DNA from: a virus
Lineage: Duplodnaviria > Caudoviricetes
Virus record (IMG/VR): IMGVR_UViG_3300037244_000010
Span: 1 to 59,367 of that record
DNA length: 59,367 nt
Strand: one strand, 5' to 3'
Part shown: in pieces, positions 23,657 to 34,021 of the stretch
How the letters are laid out: every line of letters begins with the position of its first letter
Position numbering within the stretch: position 1 is the first letter of the stretch
Program-made: the position numbers and the translations under genes
The notes under the pieces: model-generated
The model's input: the letters and a program-made list of their open reading frames with translations, nothing else
Told to the model about the DNA's origin: nothing
Databases searched by the model: none

Positions 23657-25966
23657 ATGAGTTTCTTCCATGGCATTACAGTAACCGAGGTCAACACCAA
23701 CGGCGTATCGATTCAGGTGGTCAACTCGGCAGTTATTGGCCTCATCGGCTCGGCTCCGCAGTGGTCGGCATCGTCTGGAGCAGGACCCGGAATCAACGTC
23801 CCGACGCTCATTCAGTCCGCCGCGCAGGGCTCGGCGTTTGGCAAGCAGATTCAGGGTTATACGATTCCTGAAGCCCTTGCGGACATTCAACTCCAGGGCG
23901 CGGGGGCCGTCATCGTCATCGACGTGTTCAACCCACTGCTCCATCAGAGCACCTTTGCGACCAATCCCTTGACAGGACCCGCATCCAACAGTGTGCCGGT
24001 AACACTCGGTCACATGGGCCTAATTGGTCCAGGCTTGCCCAACACTCCCCTTTCTACCGCTTCGGTTGACACCGTGGCGCAGGCGGGCGGCGCGGCAAGC
24101 CACAGTTATGCAACAGGCGACACGATCACCCTCGCGGGTGGAACGGCGTCAACTCCCGCGGTCCTGACCGTGGCGACAACGAAGCTCGTATCGCTGGCGG
24201 TGAATGCCCCCGGCGGCGCTACATCGCACAACTACGCAGCCGGCGACAGCGTTACGCTGGCAGGCGGAACCGCTTCGGTTGCTCCTCAACTCACCGTTAC
24301 CTCCACTCAGGTTACGGGCGCAACGGTTGCGATCGGTGGAAGCGGCGGCACGAACGGGACTCAAACTGTGACCGGAACGACTGGCACCGGGACACGCTTT
24401 CAGGCTTCTGTGACTGTGGCCGGTGGCGCGATTACCGCGGTCCTGTCGATCTCTTTGGCTGGCTCCTACTCCATAAACCCCACGGCTCCCGCTCTTGAGC
24501 CTGTGACGGGCGGTGGACTGGTTGGCGCCGAACTGGCAATCACTCTGGGCGTGGCCACCTTCAACATCGTCAACGCGGGTAGCTTCACCGTGAACAGTGC
24601 CGCGCTGACACAGGCAAGCTCAACAGGACTCGGCACCGGGGCAACCTTCAACCTTGGCGTCTTTGGAGTCCTGACGGCCACGGTATCCACTGCGGGCAGC
24701 TACTCGGCTGTCCCGGCGAACCCTGTAGCTCAGGCCAGCACCTCGGGCAGCGGCACCGGTGCCACTTTCAATGTGACCTTTGCGGGGCCGCCTACCACTG
24801 TCGTGGTCAAGAACCAGGCCGGCTCGACGACCTACGTCGAGGGCACTGATTACACCATCGATTACGTGAACGGCCTGCTCTACACCAAGAGCGGCGGCGC
24901 AATCACCTCGGCGCAGGCATTGCAGGTCTCCGGCGCCTACTGCGACCCGTCCAAGGTTGCATATACCGACATCATCGGGACCGTGACCGGAAGCACCTAT
25001 ACCGGCATCCAAGCCTTGCAGACCACCTTCCAGACGATGGGCCTGTTCGCCAAGCTGCTCATCACCCCAACCTTCTACGATGCGTCAACCAGCGCCAACC
25101 TGCTGGCCATGGCGACGAAGCTCCAGGCCATCTCGTTCACCGACGCGCCCCCGAACACGACTGTGGCAACCGCCATCGCCAACCGCGGAGCCGCCGGCAA
25201 TGCCTTCAATCAGGCCAGCGACAGGCTCGCGCTCACCTTCCCTTGGCAGTTGAAGACTCCCACCGCCATCATCCCCACTGGCGTTGTGGTGAGCGCGCAG
25301 GGAAACATCGGCTATACGTCCGTGACTGGCACCGTGGACACGCCGTATAGCACGTGGGTAGCTGGCGCTACGGCAGCCAGCGATATCGCCAATGGCTTCT
25401 GGTTCTCGCCGTCGAACACGGTCATCAACGGTATTCTGGGTCCCGATGTCAGCCTATACATGAGCGCCTACGACCCGACTTCAGACACGAACGCGCTGAA
25501 CGCGGCTGGCATCATGACGGTCTTCAACGGCTTCGGTACCGGCTACAGGACATGGGGCAACCGCGCATCGAGCTTCCCGTCGAGCGGCGCAGTGACCACG
25601 TTTATCGCCGTTCGCAGGACCCTCGACGTTGTGGAGCAGAGCATCCAGTACAGTTCGCTGCCCTTCGCCGATAAGCCCATCACCAACGGTCTCATCAATT
25701 CGATCTTGCAGAGCGTGAATGGGTTTATCAACTCGCTCATCCAGCAGGGCGCATTGATTGCCGGAAGCGCGGTCACCTACAACCCGGTTGACAACCCCCC
25801 TGCGAGTCTGGCGAATGGGCAACTCACGTTTGAAGTAAGCGTGATGCCGCCGCCGCCGGCCGAGCAGATCATTTACAACTTCTCCATCAACACCAGCCTG
25901 CTTGCGAACCTCGGGGCATCCGTAACGAGCACCAGCACAACCAGCAACTTCAACGTGACCGCATAA
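23657..25966 (+). CDS. Tail sheath protein with large insertion
   Basis: MSFFHGITV..SAVIGLIGSAP; C-terminal GFWFSPSN, LNAAGI, GYRTWGNR, FIAVRRT (P2 FI-like). Confidence 0.95.
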   Translation: MSFFHGITVTEVNTNGVSIQVVNSAVIGLIGSAPQWSASSGAGPGINVPTLIQSAAQGSAFGKQIQGYTIPEALADIQLQGAGAVIVIDVFNPLLHQSTFATNPLTGPASNSVPVTLGHMGLIGPGLPNTPLSTASVDTVAQAGGAASHSYATGDTITLAGGTASTPAVLTVATTKLVSLAVNAPGGATSHNYAAGDSVTLAGGTASVAPQLTVTSTQVTGATVAIGGSGGTNGTQTVTGTTGTGTRFQASVTVAGGAITAVLSISLAGSYSINPTAPALEPVTGGGLVGAELAITLGVATFNIVNAGSFTVNSAALTQASSTGLGTGATFNLGVFGVLTATVSTAGSYSAVPANPVAQASTSGSGTGATFNVTFAGPPTTVVVKNQAGSTTYVEGTDYTIDYVNGLLYTKSGGAITSAQALQVSGAYCDPSKVAYTDIIGTVTGSTYTGIQALQTTFQTMGLFAKLLITPTFYDASTSANLLAMATKLQAISFTDAPPNTTVATAIANRGAAGNAFNQASDRLALTFPWQLKTPTAIIPTGVVVSAQGNIGYTSVTGTVDTPYSTWVAGATAASDIANGFWFSPSNTVINGILGPDVSLYMSAYDPTSDTNALNAAGIMTVFNGFGTGYRTWGNRASSFPSSGAVTTFIAVRRTLDVVEQSIQYSSLPFADKPITNGLINSILQSVNGFINSLIQQGALIAGSAVTYNPVDNPPASLANGQLTFEVSVMPPPPAEQIIYNFSINTSLLANLGASVTSTSTTSNFNVTA

Positions 25967-25976
25967 GGAGCGCACC

Positions 25977-26498
25977 GTGGCAAATCTTGTCATCAACAGC
26001 CTGTCGAATTGCAACGTGTATCTGAACGGCGTCGAACTCCTCGGGCGCGCCGCGGAAGTCAAGATTCCCCAGCCCAAGCGCATCAGGACAGACTACAAGG
26101 GCCTCGGCATGGCCGCGCGCATCAAGATCCCGACCGGATGGGACATGATGGAGTCCACCATCAAGTGGTCTTCGTTTGATCCTGACACCATCAAGCGGGT
26201 GGCGCTTTCGAGTCAGACGTGCTGGATTGCTTGCCTGGGCGATCTCCAGACACTCTCGGCATCGGGAGAGATCTTCGAGAGTCCCGTTATTTACAACTTC
26301 AACGGCGTCCCGTTCGACGTGGGAGACGTGGATTTCAAATCTCAGGAGTTGGTCGAGTTCACGTCCAGCTTCGATGTCTACCACGTAGACCTGAGCGTAG
26401 GCGGCGTGCGGATTTACCTTTTCGACGCTTTCTCGAATCAGTACGTCGTGAATGGCGTTGACCAGTTGGCGAACTATCGCGCAAACATCGGAGGTTGA
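25977..26498 (+). CDS. Tail tube protein (P2 FII-like)
   Basis: NVYLNG..LGRAAEVKIP..GLGM..VNGVDQLANYRANIG. Confidence 0.9.
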   Translation: MANLVINSLSNCNVYLNGVELLGRAAEVKIPQPKRIRTDYKGLGMAARIKIPTGWDMMESTIKWSSFDPDTIKRVALSSQTCWIACLGDLQTLSASGEIFESPVIYNFNGVPFDVGDVDFKSQELVEFTSSFDVYHVDLSVGGVRIYLFDAFSNQYVVNGVDQLANYRANIGG

Positions 26499-26501
26499 TA
26501 A

Positions 26502-26798
26502 GTGGCAGCCAACGGATATGCACCATCCGCTTCTCAGCAAGTCGTAGCAAGCGGAATAGCACAGACAGTCGCCAATCCAGGCACAGGATCAACGCTGCGT
26601 CTTGCCAATGTGGGAGCAGAGCCTGTGTATGTCGCACTGGGCGCATCGAGTCCTGTTGCGGTCACTCCCCAGACGGGACTCGCGATCTTGCCCGGCGCGC
26701 CTGCTGAGTTTCTGACGGCGGTATCAAACGGGTTCATCAGCTTCGTGACTGACGGATGCACTTTCAATGTTCGGCTCAACATCTCGCAAGGGACGTAG
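26502..26798 (+). CDS. Hypothetical virion protein
   Basis: ORF between tube and chaperone; GGAGG RBS. Confidence 0.65.
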   Translation: MAANGYAPSASQQVVASGIAQTVANPGTGSTLRLANVGAEPVYVALGASSPVAVTPQTGLAILPGAPAEFLTAVSNGFISFVTDGCTFNVRLNISQGT

Positions 26799-26843
26799 AG
26801 GCCGGCCACAACCATAGCCAAGCACTGGCGTGAGGTGATTCAA

Positions 26844-27227
26844 ATGGCAACAGGACCCATCGTACTGACTTCCGATACAACCCCTTCCCCCGAACAGATT
26901 CGCCGCGAGTTCGATCTTCCCTCTGGCAAGCACGTTATCTTGCTCAAAGGCACAGGCCGTGACCAGCGTCTGGCCGCCACGGTTGCCGGCGAGAACGCAG
27001 ACAGCATCAAGATTCAGGACGCCCTGGCTTCCCGTCTGTCCCTTGTGGACGGCAAGCGCATCCGCATGGAAGACGTGGACGAGATGGACTTTGACGATGC
27101 GATGGTGTTTCGCGCCGAGGTCTCTCAGGTATTGCGCCCTTTGCTCCAGAGGATTTCCAGTGTCCTGAAACCGACGCCGGACGCTCCGAACCCCAATCAG
27201 GACGCGGAAACAGACCAGTCGTCCTAA
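26844..27227 (+). CDS. Tail assembly chaperone (gpE/gpG-like)
   Basis: Position before TMP; FDLPSGK..GTGRD..MEDVDEMDFDD; slippery C_CCT_TTG at 27137-27143. Confidence 0.8.
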   Translation: MATGPIVLTSDTTPSPEQIRREFDLPSGKHVILLKGTGRDQRLAATVAGENADSIKIQDALASRLSLVDGKRIRMEDVDEMDFDDAMVFRAEVSQVLRPLLQRISSVLKPTPDAPNPNQDAETDQSS

Positions 27228-27379
27228 GCATGGAAGCGTTGGGCGCGATGGTGCATGAAGGGGTCAGTCCTGAATCCATCGATTCCATGTCAATAGGCGA
27301 TTTAGTAGGGTGGTACCAAGTTCTACAACAGTACAGCCGGGCAGTTGAGAAGCGCATCCCGAAGCGGAGGAAACCTTGA
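27137..27379 (+). CDS. Tail chaperone frameshift extension (gpE'/gpT-like)
   Basis: -1 frame open from the slippery site to TGA 27379; encodes SPESIDSMSIGDLVGW; in-frame ATG at 27230. Confidence 0.7.
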   Translation, partial: PFAPEDFQCPETDAGRSEPQSGRGNRPVVLSMEALGAMVHEGVSPESIDSMSIGDLVGWYQVLQQYSRAVEKRIPKRRKP

Positions 27380-29139
27380 GCGAAGACGATCAAACATCCA
27401 TCCTGAAGGTTCTCGTCCAACTCCGCGACGAGGTTACTGACCCTCTAAAGCAGGTCAATGACCGATTCAGCGAGATGGCGGAGAACTTCGCCAGCATTGG
27501 GATGGCGGCCGGCGAAGTGTTTGCCGGATACGAGGCGCTGAAGACAGTCATTGAGCCAGCCGCCGCCATGCAAGAGCAGATGGTAGGCCTGAAAGAGGCC
27601 ACTCTCGCCAATGCGGATGCGATGGAACGGTATAAGCATCAGGCTGACGAGATTGGAACTTCCTTGCCATTGAAGGGCGGCGCAGAAGAAGCAATGCAGG
27701 CAATGACGGAACTGTACAAGACGTTCCGTGACGATGGGGCGATCAAAGAACAGACCGAGACCGCAGCAAAATTAGCCGTAGTCATGGGAGACACGGCGCC
27801 TCTTGCCGCGAAAGTTCTGTCTTCGGCAGTCCAGAACCTCGGGGATAATAGTCGCCCCGTTATCGACCAAATGAAGGAGTTTGGCGACGAGATTGCCGTT
27901 CTTCAGGCGCGCTTCCCGATGGGCAGCGGTGGCCTGATGCGCATGTCAATGGCGCTCAGAATGCTCGGCACAGCGGCACAAGTCAACAATGTCGCGCAGA
28001 AAACAATGCTCGCACTGATGGCCGAGGGCAACAGAATCAACCTTGGCGGCCCGCGCGGATCAGGCCCCATCCTGGCTGGAATCGTTAACTCTCTGCTCAA
28101 AATGAAAGATGGTCGCTACGAAATGGAGAAGTATGGCCTCCAAGTCGTAAAGACGAATGATGGGCACGTCAACCTTATCAAGACCCTTGAGAAGATGAGC
28201 GAACTGTCTGACAAGCAGAAGCGATCCCTTGAGTCTTCGATGGGAAGTCAAGGGGCCAATGTAGCACTGCTTATCAAGCACATGGACGATTTGAAGGAGG
28301 CATACAACGAAATAGACAATGCGAGTGGGCAATTAGATCAGGATGCGAAAGACCGCGCTGCTACCTTTGATGCGCACATGCAGGAAATGAAAAGCGCATG
28401 GCAGGAATTCAAGGAGTCCATCGGGACTCGTATCCTTCCTGATCTGACTACCGACATTAACCAGATGACGGAAATTATAAACAAGATGAACGAGTTTTCC
28501 GATAAGCATCCGACTGCGGCGAAAGTTGCCGGAAGAGGTTTGGAGCTTGGAGTAGGAGCGGGAATTTTAGCAGCGGCAGTAAAATTAGGGCCGATGATGT
28601 GGAAAGGTCTCGGAGGCGCCGCCGCTCTTGGGTGGGCGCGCAGTTTGTTCCCGACCGCGGCAAAGACTCTAACGGCGCGAGAAGCGATGTATGGGGGCGG
28701 CAGAGCCGCTGAAGCGGCTGGACTCTCAAGATTTCTCCCGTTTATTGGGGAGGCGGTGACCGGTGGGATGTTGGGGTGGCAGGGAGGCCACTGGATGCAA
28801 AGGCATGACGTTGTCGGATTTGAAGCCTATCAAGGCATGCAGACTCCAAAACCCTCAGTATTCGCAGATTGGAAGGGGCCTACCCAGGCTCCCATATTCG
28901 GCATTTATGGATGGGATACTGAGGCATTCGGATCGCCGCGATTGGCGACTCCTACATTTGGTCCGACCTCGCCCTTTTCCGCGCTGGGAACTTCGGGAAC
29001 CGTAAACAATAATCCGAATATCAATATCTACCCTCCAAGCCAAGAAATGGACCCAAAAGCGATGGGAGATATGGTTGAACGGGAGATTGAGAAGTACAAC
29101 CAGCAAAATGCCCGTAAGCAATTAGGGGGGGCGCGCTAA
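27376..29139 (+). CDS. Tape measure protein
   Basis: Helical Ala/Met-rich 587 aa after chaperones; GGAGG RBS then TTG. Confidence 0.85.
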   Translation: MSEDDQTSILKVLVQLRDEVTDPLKQVNDRFSEMAENFASIGMAAGEVFAGYEALKTVIEPAAAMQEQMVGLKEATLANADAMERYKHQADEIGTSLPLKGGAEEAMQAMTELYKTFRDDGAIKEQTETAAKLAVVMGDTAPLAAKVLSSAVQNLGDNSRPVIDQMKEFGDEIAVLQARFPMGSGGLMRMSMALRMLGTAAQVNNVAQKTMLALMAEGNRINLGGPRGSGPILAGIVNSLLKMKDGRYEMEKYGLQVVKTNDGHVNLIKTLEKMSELSDKQKRSLESSMGSQGANVALLIKHMDDLKEAYNEIDNASGQLDQDAKDRAATFDAHMQEMKSAWQEFKESIGTRILPDLTTDINQMTEIINKMNEFSDKHPTAAKVAGRGLELGVGAGILAAAVKLGPMMWKGLGGAAALGWARSLFPTAAKTLTAREAMYGGGRAAEAAGLSRFLPFIGEAVTGGMLGWQGGHWMQRHDVVGFEAYQGMQTPKPSVFADWKGPTQAPIFGIYGWDTEAFGSPRLATPTFGPTSPFSALGTSGTVNNNPNINIYPPSQEMDPKAMGDMVEREIEKYNQQNARKQLGGAR

Positions 29140-29717
29140 TGTTCGCATCTTTCGGCCCCATCTCGTTTCAGCCTCTCGCCAGCCCGACAAAGCTGGAGAT
29201 AGAGAAAAAGTACCACTACGAAGCAATCAACGTGATAGGGGCGCCTCCTGTGTTGCAGTGGATCTACGACAATCTTCGCCACGTTGAAATTTCGATCTAC
29301 CTTCACAACTTCTGGTGCAAACCGCAGACGGCCATCAACGCTCTGACGCAGCTTGCCGACTTCCACGTTCCGCAGCAGTTCGTCTTTGGCAACAAGAACA
29401 TCCTCGGGACATTCGTCATCTCAAACTACCGGCTCAAGCAGCGGTGGATGGCAGATGACGGCTCTGTAATCGCTGCGGAGATGGATCTTGAACTGACCGA
29501 GTACGTCGCGCCCTCCACGCTCCAGAGCAACACCATGACGGTCGGGACCATCGGCAACTCAACAATCAACACCAATCCTCCAGGGCTCACCACTTCACAG
29601 AGCGCGGCGGCCGGATCGACGCTTGTCGTGAGTCCTGCCACAGCTTCCCCCTCGGGAATACCGGCACAGACGCCGTATACGAATGTCTCGTTGAGCACGA
29701 TTGCGAGGGCTGCCTAA
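29139..29717 (+). CDS. P2 gpU-like tail protein
   Basis: MFASFGPISF..PVLQWI..LGTFVI..LELTEY. Confidence 0.8.
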   Translation: MFASFGPISFQPLASPTKLEIEKKYHYEAINVIGAPPVLQWIYDNLRHVEISIYLHNFWCKPQTAINALTQLADFHVPQQFVFGNKNILGTFVISNYRLKQRWMADDGSVIAAEMDLELTEYVAPSTLQSNTMTVGTIGNSTINTNPPGLTTSQSAAAGSTLVVSPATASPSGIPAQTPYTNVSLSTIARAA

Positions 29718-30005
29718 ATGCCGAATGTCGTGATACCAAACGGTGGAAGCGGGGTCCTGACAGCGTCACTCGTTACCACCTACGTCAACCCGTCCGCACC
29801 GTCATCGGGAATCATCTACGTGTCCAAAGGGGAACGCTGGGATGCGATAGCGTACAAGATGTACGGAGACTCTACGCAGGTTGAGCCGCTGATTCAGAAC
29901 AACCCTGGCATTCCGATTGGCGACTATGTGGCGCAAGGCGTTCAGGTCTTTGTCCCGCTGATCACACCAGCGACCAGCACAACCAGTTCGACGCCGTGGA
30001 ACTAA
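29718..30005 (+). CDS. P2 gpX-like (LysM-like) tail protein
   Basis: GERWDAIAYKMYGD..LIQNNP..PW. Confidence 0.85.
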   Translation: MPNVVIPNGGSGVLTASLVTTYVNPSAPSSGIIYVSKGERWDAIAYKMYGDSTQVEPLIQNNPGIPIGDYVAQGVQVFVPLITPATSTTSSTPWN

Positions 30006-31100
30006 ATGAGCGCATCCGTACAAATCCCGGCGTGGCAAATCAAGATCGGCGGAACTCAGGTCGCCGGCAACCTGACGACCCATTCCCAGCACGTCCACTA
30101 CGACGAAGCTATCGGCGGCAAGGCAAACGTGCTGGAGATTCAGGTGGAGGACTCGGCGCGCGCGTGGGCGAACAATCCGCCTAAGATCGGCACAGCGCTC
30201 AGCTTGTCAATCGGTTATCAAGGTTCCTCTCTCGTGTCCTGCGGGAACTTTGAAGTGGATGAATGGGAGGCAGAGGGGCCGCCAGACACGTTCCTGATCC
30301 GGGCAATCCAGGCCGGGGTGACTCATGCCATCAGGACCTCATATTCGCAGCCCTATGAAGGCCAGACTCTTACATCGATAGCTAAGAGCATCGCCGCGAA
30401 GTATGGGATGAGCGTGTCAATTGACGCGGTGAATCCCGATGTTCCTTATCAGCATATAACCCAACGCCTAGAGAGTGACCTTGCATTTCTGCATAGGCTT
30501 GCCAACGGGCAAAATTACGAGTTCACCATCCGCGGCGATCAACTCGTCTTCTACAGCCGCCCGAAGTTGGATGCGAAGAAAATCACGGACCTCAAAGACA
30601 AGAATGCGCAGTACATCTACAAGACCGACAACACGCGATTCAGGATTCACCAGCAGCACCACGGCGACAAGACCTACAAGAAGGCCGTGGTGATGTATTT
30701 CGACCCGCACTCGAAGAAGCTGCTCCAGGCAACGGCCAACGCCGCGGCCACAGCTACCCAGGGCGTTGACTTAGGGCTTCAGGACACCCTACTAGTCCGG
30801 GAACGGATAGAGAACGCACAGCAAGCCACCCTACGCGCGCAAGCCCATCTCCACGCCGCCAATATGCACGTCCTGAAGGCCGAGGTAATCATTCCGGGGT
30901 CGATGGTCTACCGGGCCGGCAATCCAGTCATGCTCTCGGGGTTTGGCGCTGCGCTCGATTCGATAAAATGGATCATCAACGAGGGCAAGCATCGGCTGGA
31001 CCGGAACGGCTACAAAACCTCTTTGGAACTCAGGACCACAATCGCAACGACCGGAGCCGGCGCCGGTACGCAGACGGTTTCGGATGACTACGGAGAATAG
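30006..31100 (+). CDS. Baseplate hub (P2 gpD/late control D-like)
   Basis: SLSIGY, FEVDE..GPPD, QRLESDLAFLHRLA, GYKTSLEL. Confidence 0.9.
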   Translation: MSASVQIPAWQIKIGGTQVAGNLTTHSQHVHYDEAIGGKANVLEIQVEDSARAWANNPPKIGTALSLSIGYQGSSLVSCGNFEVDEWEAEGPPDTFLIRAIQAGVTHAIRTSYSQPYEGQTLTSIAKSIAAKYGMSVSIDAVNPDVPYQHITQRLESDLAFLHRLANGQNYEFTIRGDQLVFYSRPKLDAKKITDLKDKNAQYIYKTDNTRFRIHQQHHGDKTYKKAVVMYFDPHSKKLLQATANAAATATQGVDLGLQDTLLVRERIENAQQATLRAQAHLHAANMHVLKAEVIIPGSMVYRAGNPVMLSGFGAALDSIKWIINEGKHRLDRNGYKTSLELRTTIATTGAGAGTQTVSDDYGE

Positions 31101-31724
31101 ATGCCAGACTTAGTACGCGGACCATATACGGAGCAGTTCCACCCGCCTTACAGGACGGGCATCGTTGCGCAGATCGAGTCTGTTCCGCCTTACCGAGTGC
31201 GCGTGCAGTTCCCCGACCAGGCGAATGTCCTGTCATGGTGGCTGCCGGTCCAGGTCCCGAAGACACAGAATGACAAGTTCTTTTGGCAACCGGACATCGG
31301 CGAGCAGGTTTCCGTCGTCATGGATGAGTGGGACGAAAACGGCATCGTGACCGGCAGTGTCCCGTCACAGGTAGACTCGGCACCATCGGGACTCACTCCT
31401 TCAGACTTCTACATTCAGTTTGCAGATGGCACGATAATCCAATACAACCGCGTCACGTCTACGTTGAAGGTGAGCATCTGCCCGGCTGGAACCGCAACAA
31501 TTCAGACCGCCGATAACCTTTCGAGCGTGACAGTGGGGGACGATAGCGTCACCGTTGACTCTTCAGATGTAGGGCTGACGGCAGAGATTGGCGAGATTGA
31601 CCTGACTGGAGAGGTCTACACTGACCAGAACCTACATGTTGGCTCTGGGGCAACCGGGACATTTAGCACGTCAACCGGGCAAACTGTGACAGTGCAAGAT
31701 GGAATAATCATCGACATTGAGTGA
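31101..31724 (+). CDS. Baseplate spike (gpV-like)
   Basis: RVRVQFPD..SWWLPV..PDIGEQV..FADGTIIQYN. Confidence 0.9.
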   Translation: MPDLVRGPYTEQFHPPYRTGIVAQIESVPPYRVRVQFPDQANVLSWWLPVQVPKTQNDKFFWQPDIGEQVSVVMDEWDENGIVTGSVPSQVDSAPSGLTPSDFYIQFADGTIIQYNRVTSTLKVSICPAGTATIQTADNLSSVTVGDDSVTVDSSDVGLTAEIGEIDLTGEVYTDQNLHVGSGATGTFSTSTGQTVTVQDGIIIDIE

Positions 31725-31731
31725 GGTAAAA

Positions 31732-32265
31732 ATGAATACAGCCTACTTCCAATCGACGATCACCGAACTCAATAAAGCTGCGACGTACATCAACAAGTAC
31801 ACCGCATATGTGAACAAACAGATCTCGAGCATCGAATCTCAACCGTTGCCGAACGGTACGCTGGCGATTCCAGGAGTCCTATCACCGTGCGGACAACTTG
31901 CTCTTTTGGCAGTACAGGTAACTGAGAAGTTTGCGAAAATATCATCGAAAACCACACAGAACATAAACAAGGCCACTTCTGACAATGCCAAAATGCAAGC
32001 CAACATCATGACAGAGATGCAGGTATTAGAGTCATTGATGATTGTTCCGACAGACCTTCCCTCCGTTCTAACGTGGATACAGAAAGTCATCAACGCTTAC
32101 GCGGGTCCATATGCCGCATACACTGGGCAACAACTTCAAATTGCGGAGCAAGAGGCCCTTTTAGTTGCTGCCGTGACAAGGCTGACGACGGCTATCGCAA
32201 ATGCTACGCTTACATTGACTGAGGCCGTTGCGAATGCTCAGTCTAAACTAGGATGTGTGATCTAG
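31732..32265 (+). CDS. Helical hypothetical protein in the baseplate cluster
   Basis: GAGGT RBS; lies between gpV and gpW. Confidence 0.65.
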   Translation: MNTAYFQSTITELNKAATYINKYTAYVNKQISSIESQPLPNGTLAIPGVLSPCGQLALLAVQVTEKFAKISSKTTQNINKATSDNAKMQANIMTEMQVLESLMIVPTDLPSVLTWIQKVINAYAGPYAAYTGQQLQIAEQEALLVAAVTRLTTAIANATLTLTEAVANAQSKLGCVI

Positions 32266-32715
32266 ATGGCAACGACTTTCCCATATGCGACCCTCACCAA
32301 CATCCAGTCGTCGAGCTGGGAACTGATGCTTGACTCGACGGCTGGAGGCTGTGCGGGATCAGGACTCGGAAAAGTTTGCCAATCCTACGCGGATGTTCAT
32401 CAATGCCTCAAGATCATCTTTTCGACAATTCCTGGCGAAGATCCATTCCGTCCTACTTTCGGATGCGACCTGACGCAGTTCCTTGACCGCCCACTCACTG
32501 TTGCGATTCCGGCCATCATCGGTGCCATCTCCGCGGCTATTGCCGACTGGGAACCACGTATCACCCTTGAGAGCGTCGATGTTGTCGCCAGCACAACGAA
32601 CATCGGGACTCTGACCGTGACAATCAACTGGAAGCCGGACATGGGGTCGAGCAGTTCTGCCACGACTACGATAGGCACAGAGAGCACGACAATATCTGTC
32701 GGAGGATCTTCTTAA
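32266..32715 (+). CDS. Baseplate wedge gpW/gp25-like
   Basis: DVHQCLKIIFSTIPGEDPFRPTFG..WEPRI. Confidence 0.9.
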   Translation: MATTFPYATLTNIQSSSWELMLDSTAGGCAGSGLGKVCQSYADVHQCLKIIFSTIPGEDPFRPTFGCDLTQFLDRPLTVAIPAIIGAISAAIADWEPRITLESVDVVASTTNIGTLTVTINWKPDMGSSSSATTTIGTESTTISVGGSS

Positions 32716-34002
32716 ATGCCGGTCATAATCCCCGCGAACTCGTTCCCGCCGGCCACCGGCACTCCTCAGACAGTTCCCGTTGACCTGCCCACGCCTTCAT
32801 TCGTCAACGACTCAGACGGACTCGATGCAACGCTGGTCCTGAACGACATGGTGAGCAAGTTCGAGACGGACACCAGCAGGACCCTCTACCCGGCCCAGGT
32901 CGAGCAGTTGCTTATCAACCTCTACGCCTACCGCGAGATTCTGGTCCGGAACGCGATTCAGTATTGCGGACTTCAGAACCTGCTCGCATTCGCCGTCTAC
33001 CCGATGCTGGACTACCTCGGCGAGTATCTGGATTGCACCAGGCTTCCCGCGCAGTACGCCACCACGACATTGCAGTTCACGCTCACGGCCGCACAGTCGT
33101 CCGACACCACGATAGCCTCTGGCACGCAGGTCGGGACTCAAGACGGCCTCAACATCTTCGCCACCACCTCGGCGCTCACGATTGCTGCCGGGCAGACGGT
33201 TGGCACCGTAGCGGCGCAATGCACCACGGCAGGACTCAGCGGCAACGGCTACCTCGCCGGACAGGTCAGTGTCCTGATGGGCTCGTTCCCGCTTGTCTCT
33301 GCTGTCGCCAACACGACGACCCCGGCCAACGGAACTGACGGTGAACCTGCTGGCACTACCGCAGGAGACAACCACTACCGCACGCGCATTCAGGCAGCCC
33401 CGAACAATCTCACGACCGCCGGCCCGTCTGGCCAGTACCGATCTCTCGCGCTTGACGTGAGTTCGACCATCGTTGACGCGCAAGTCCCGACAAATCCGAC
33501 AACGCCGGGCACGGTGCAGGTCTACGTCCTGACAGGACCCGTAACGCAGCCGTCCGCATCCCCAAACAGTTCTGGCATCGCATCCGGTACTCTACTTTCC
33601 GCTGTTCAGTCGGCGCTCAGCGCGCAGACTGTGAGGCCTCTTTGTGATACCGTTCTAGTCTCGGCAGTGACCGAAGTTGATTACACCGTGACCGGGGCGA
33701 TCACACTCTACGCGAACGCCAACTATGCGACGATTGCCGCTGGAATCACCGCAGCGGCGCAGAATCTTGCCTTGACGCTCGCTGCAAATATTGAGCAGGA
33801 TATAGTCCTGAGTCAGTGGCAATCGGCTCTCAGCGTGTCGGGGGTCTACGACATGCAACTGACACTTGCTGCGAACATCGGCGGCACACCACTCACTCCA
33901 ACTTCGGACGGCAGTTTCTTGCTCACAGCGGGACAATGGGCGAACTGCATAGGCATCAACCTCACAATCGTTATGGGCACAAAAAATCAGCCAGTTAGCT
34001 AG
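32716..34002 (+). CDS. Baseplate J-like protein
   Basis: RTLYPAQVE, QNLLAFA, LDYLG, YRTRIQAAP..TAGP..Y, PGTVQVY, VRPLCD. Confidence 0.92.
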   Translation: MPVIIPANSFPPATGTPQTVPVDLPTPSFVNDSDGLDATLVLNDMVSKFETDTSRTLYPAQVEQLLINLYAYREILVRNAIQYCGLQNLLAFAVYPMLDYLGEYLDCTRLPAQYATTTLQFTLTAAQSSDTTIASGTQVGTQDGLNIFATTSALTIAAGQTVGTVAAQCTTAGLSGNGYLAGQVSVLMGSFPLVSAVANTTTPANGTDGEPAGTTAGDNHYRTRIQAAPNNLTTAGPSGQYRSLALDVSSTIVDAQVPTNPTTPGTVQVYVLTGPVTQPSASPNSSGIASGTLLSAVQSALSAQTVRPLCDTVLVSAVTEVDYTVTGAITLYANANYATIAAGITAAAQNLALTLAANIEQDIVLSQWQSALSVSGVYDMQLTLAANIGGTPLTPTSDGSFLLTAGQWANCIGINLTIVMGTKNQPVS

Positions 34003-34021
34003 TCCACAAGGAGACTTCAGC

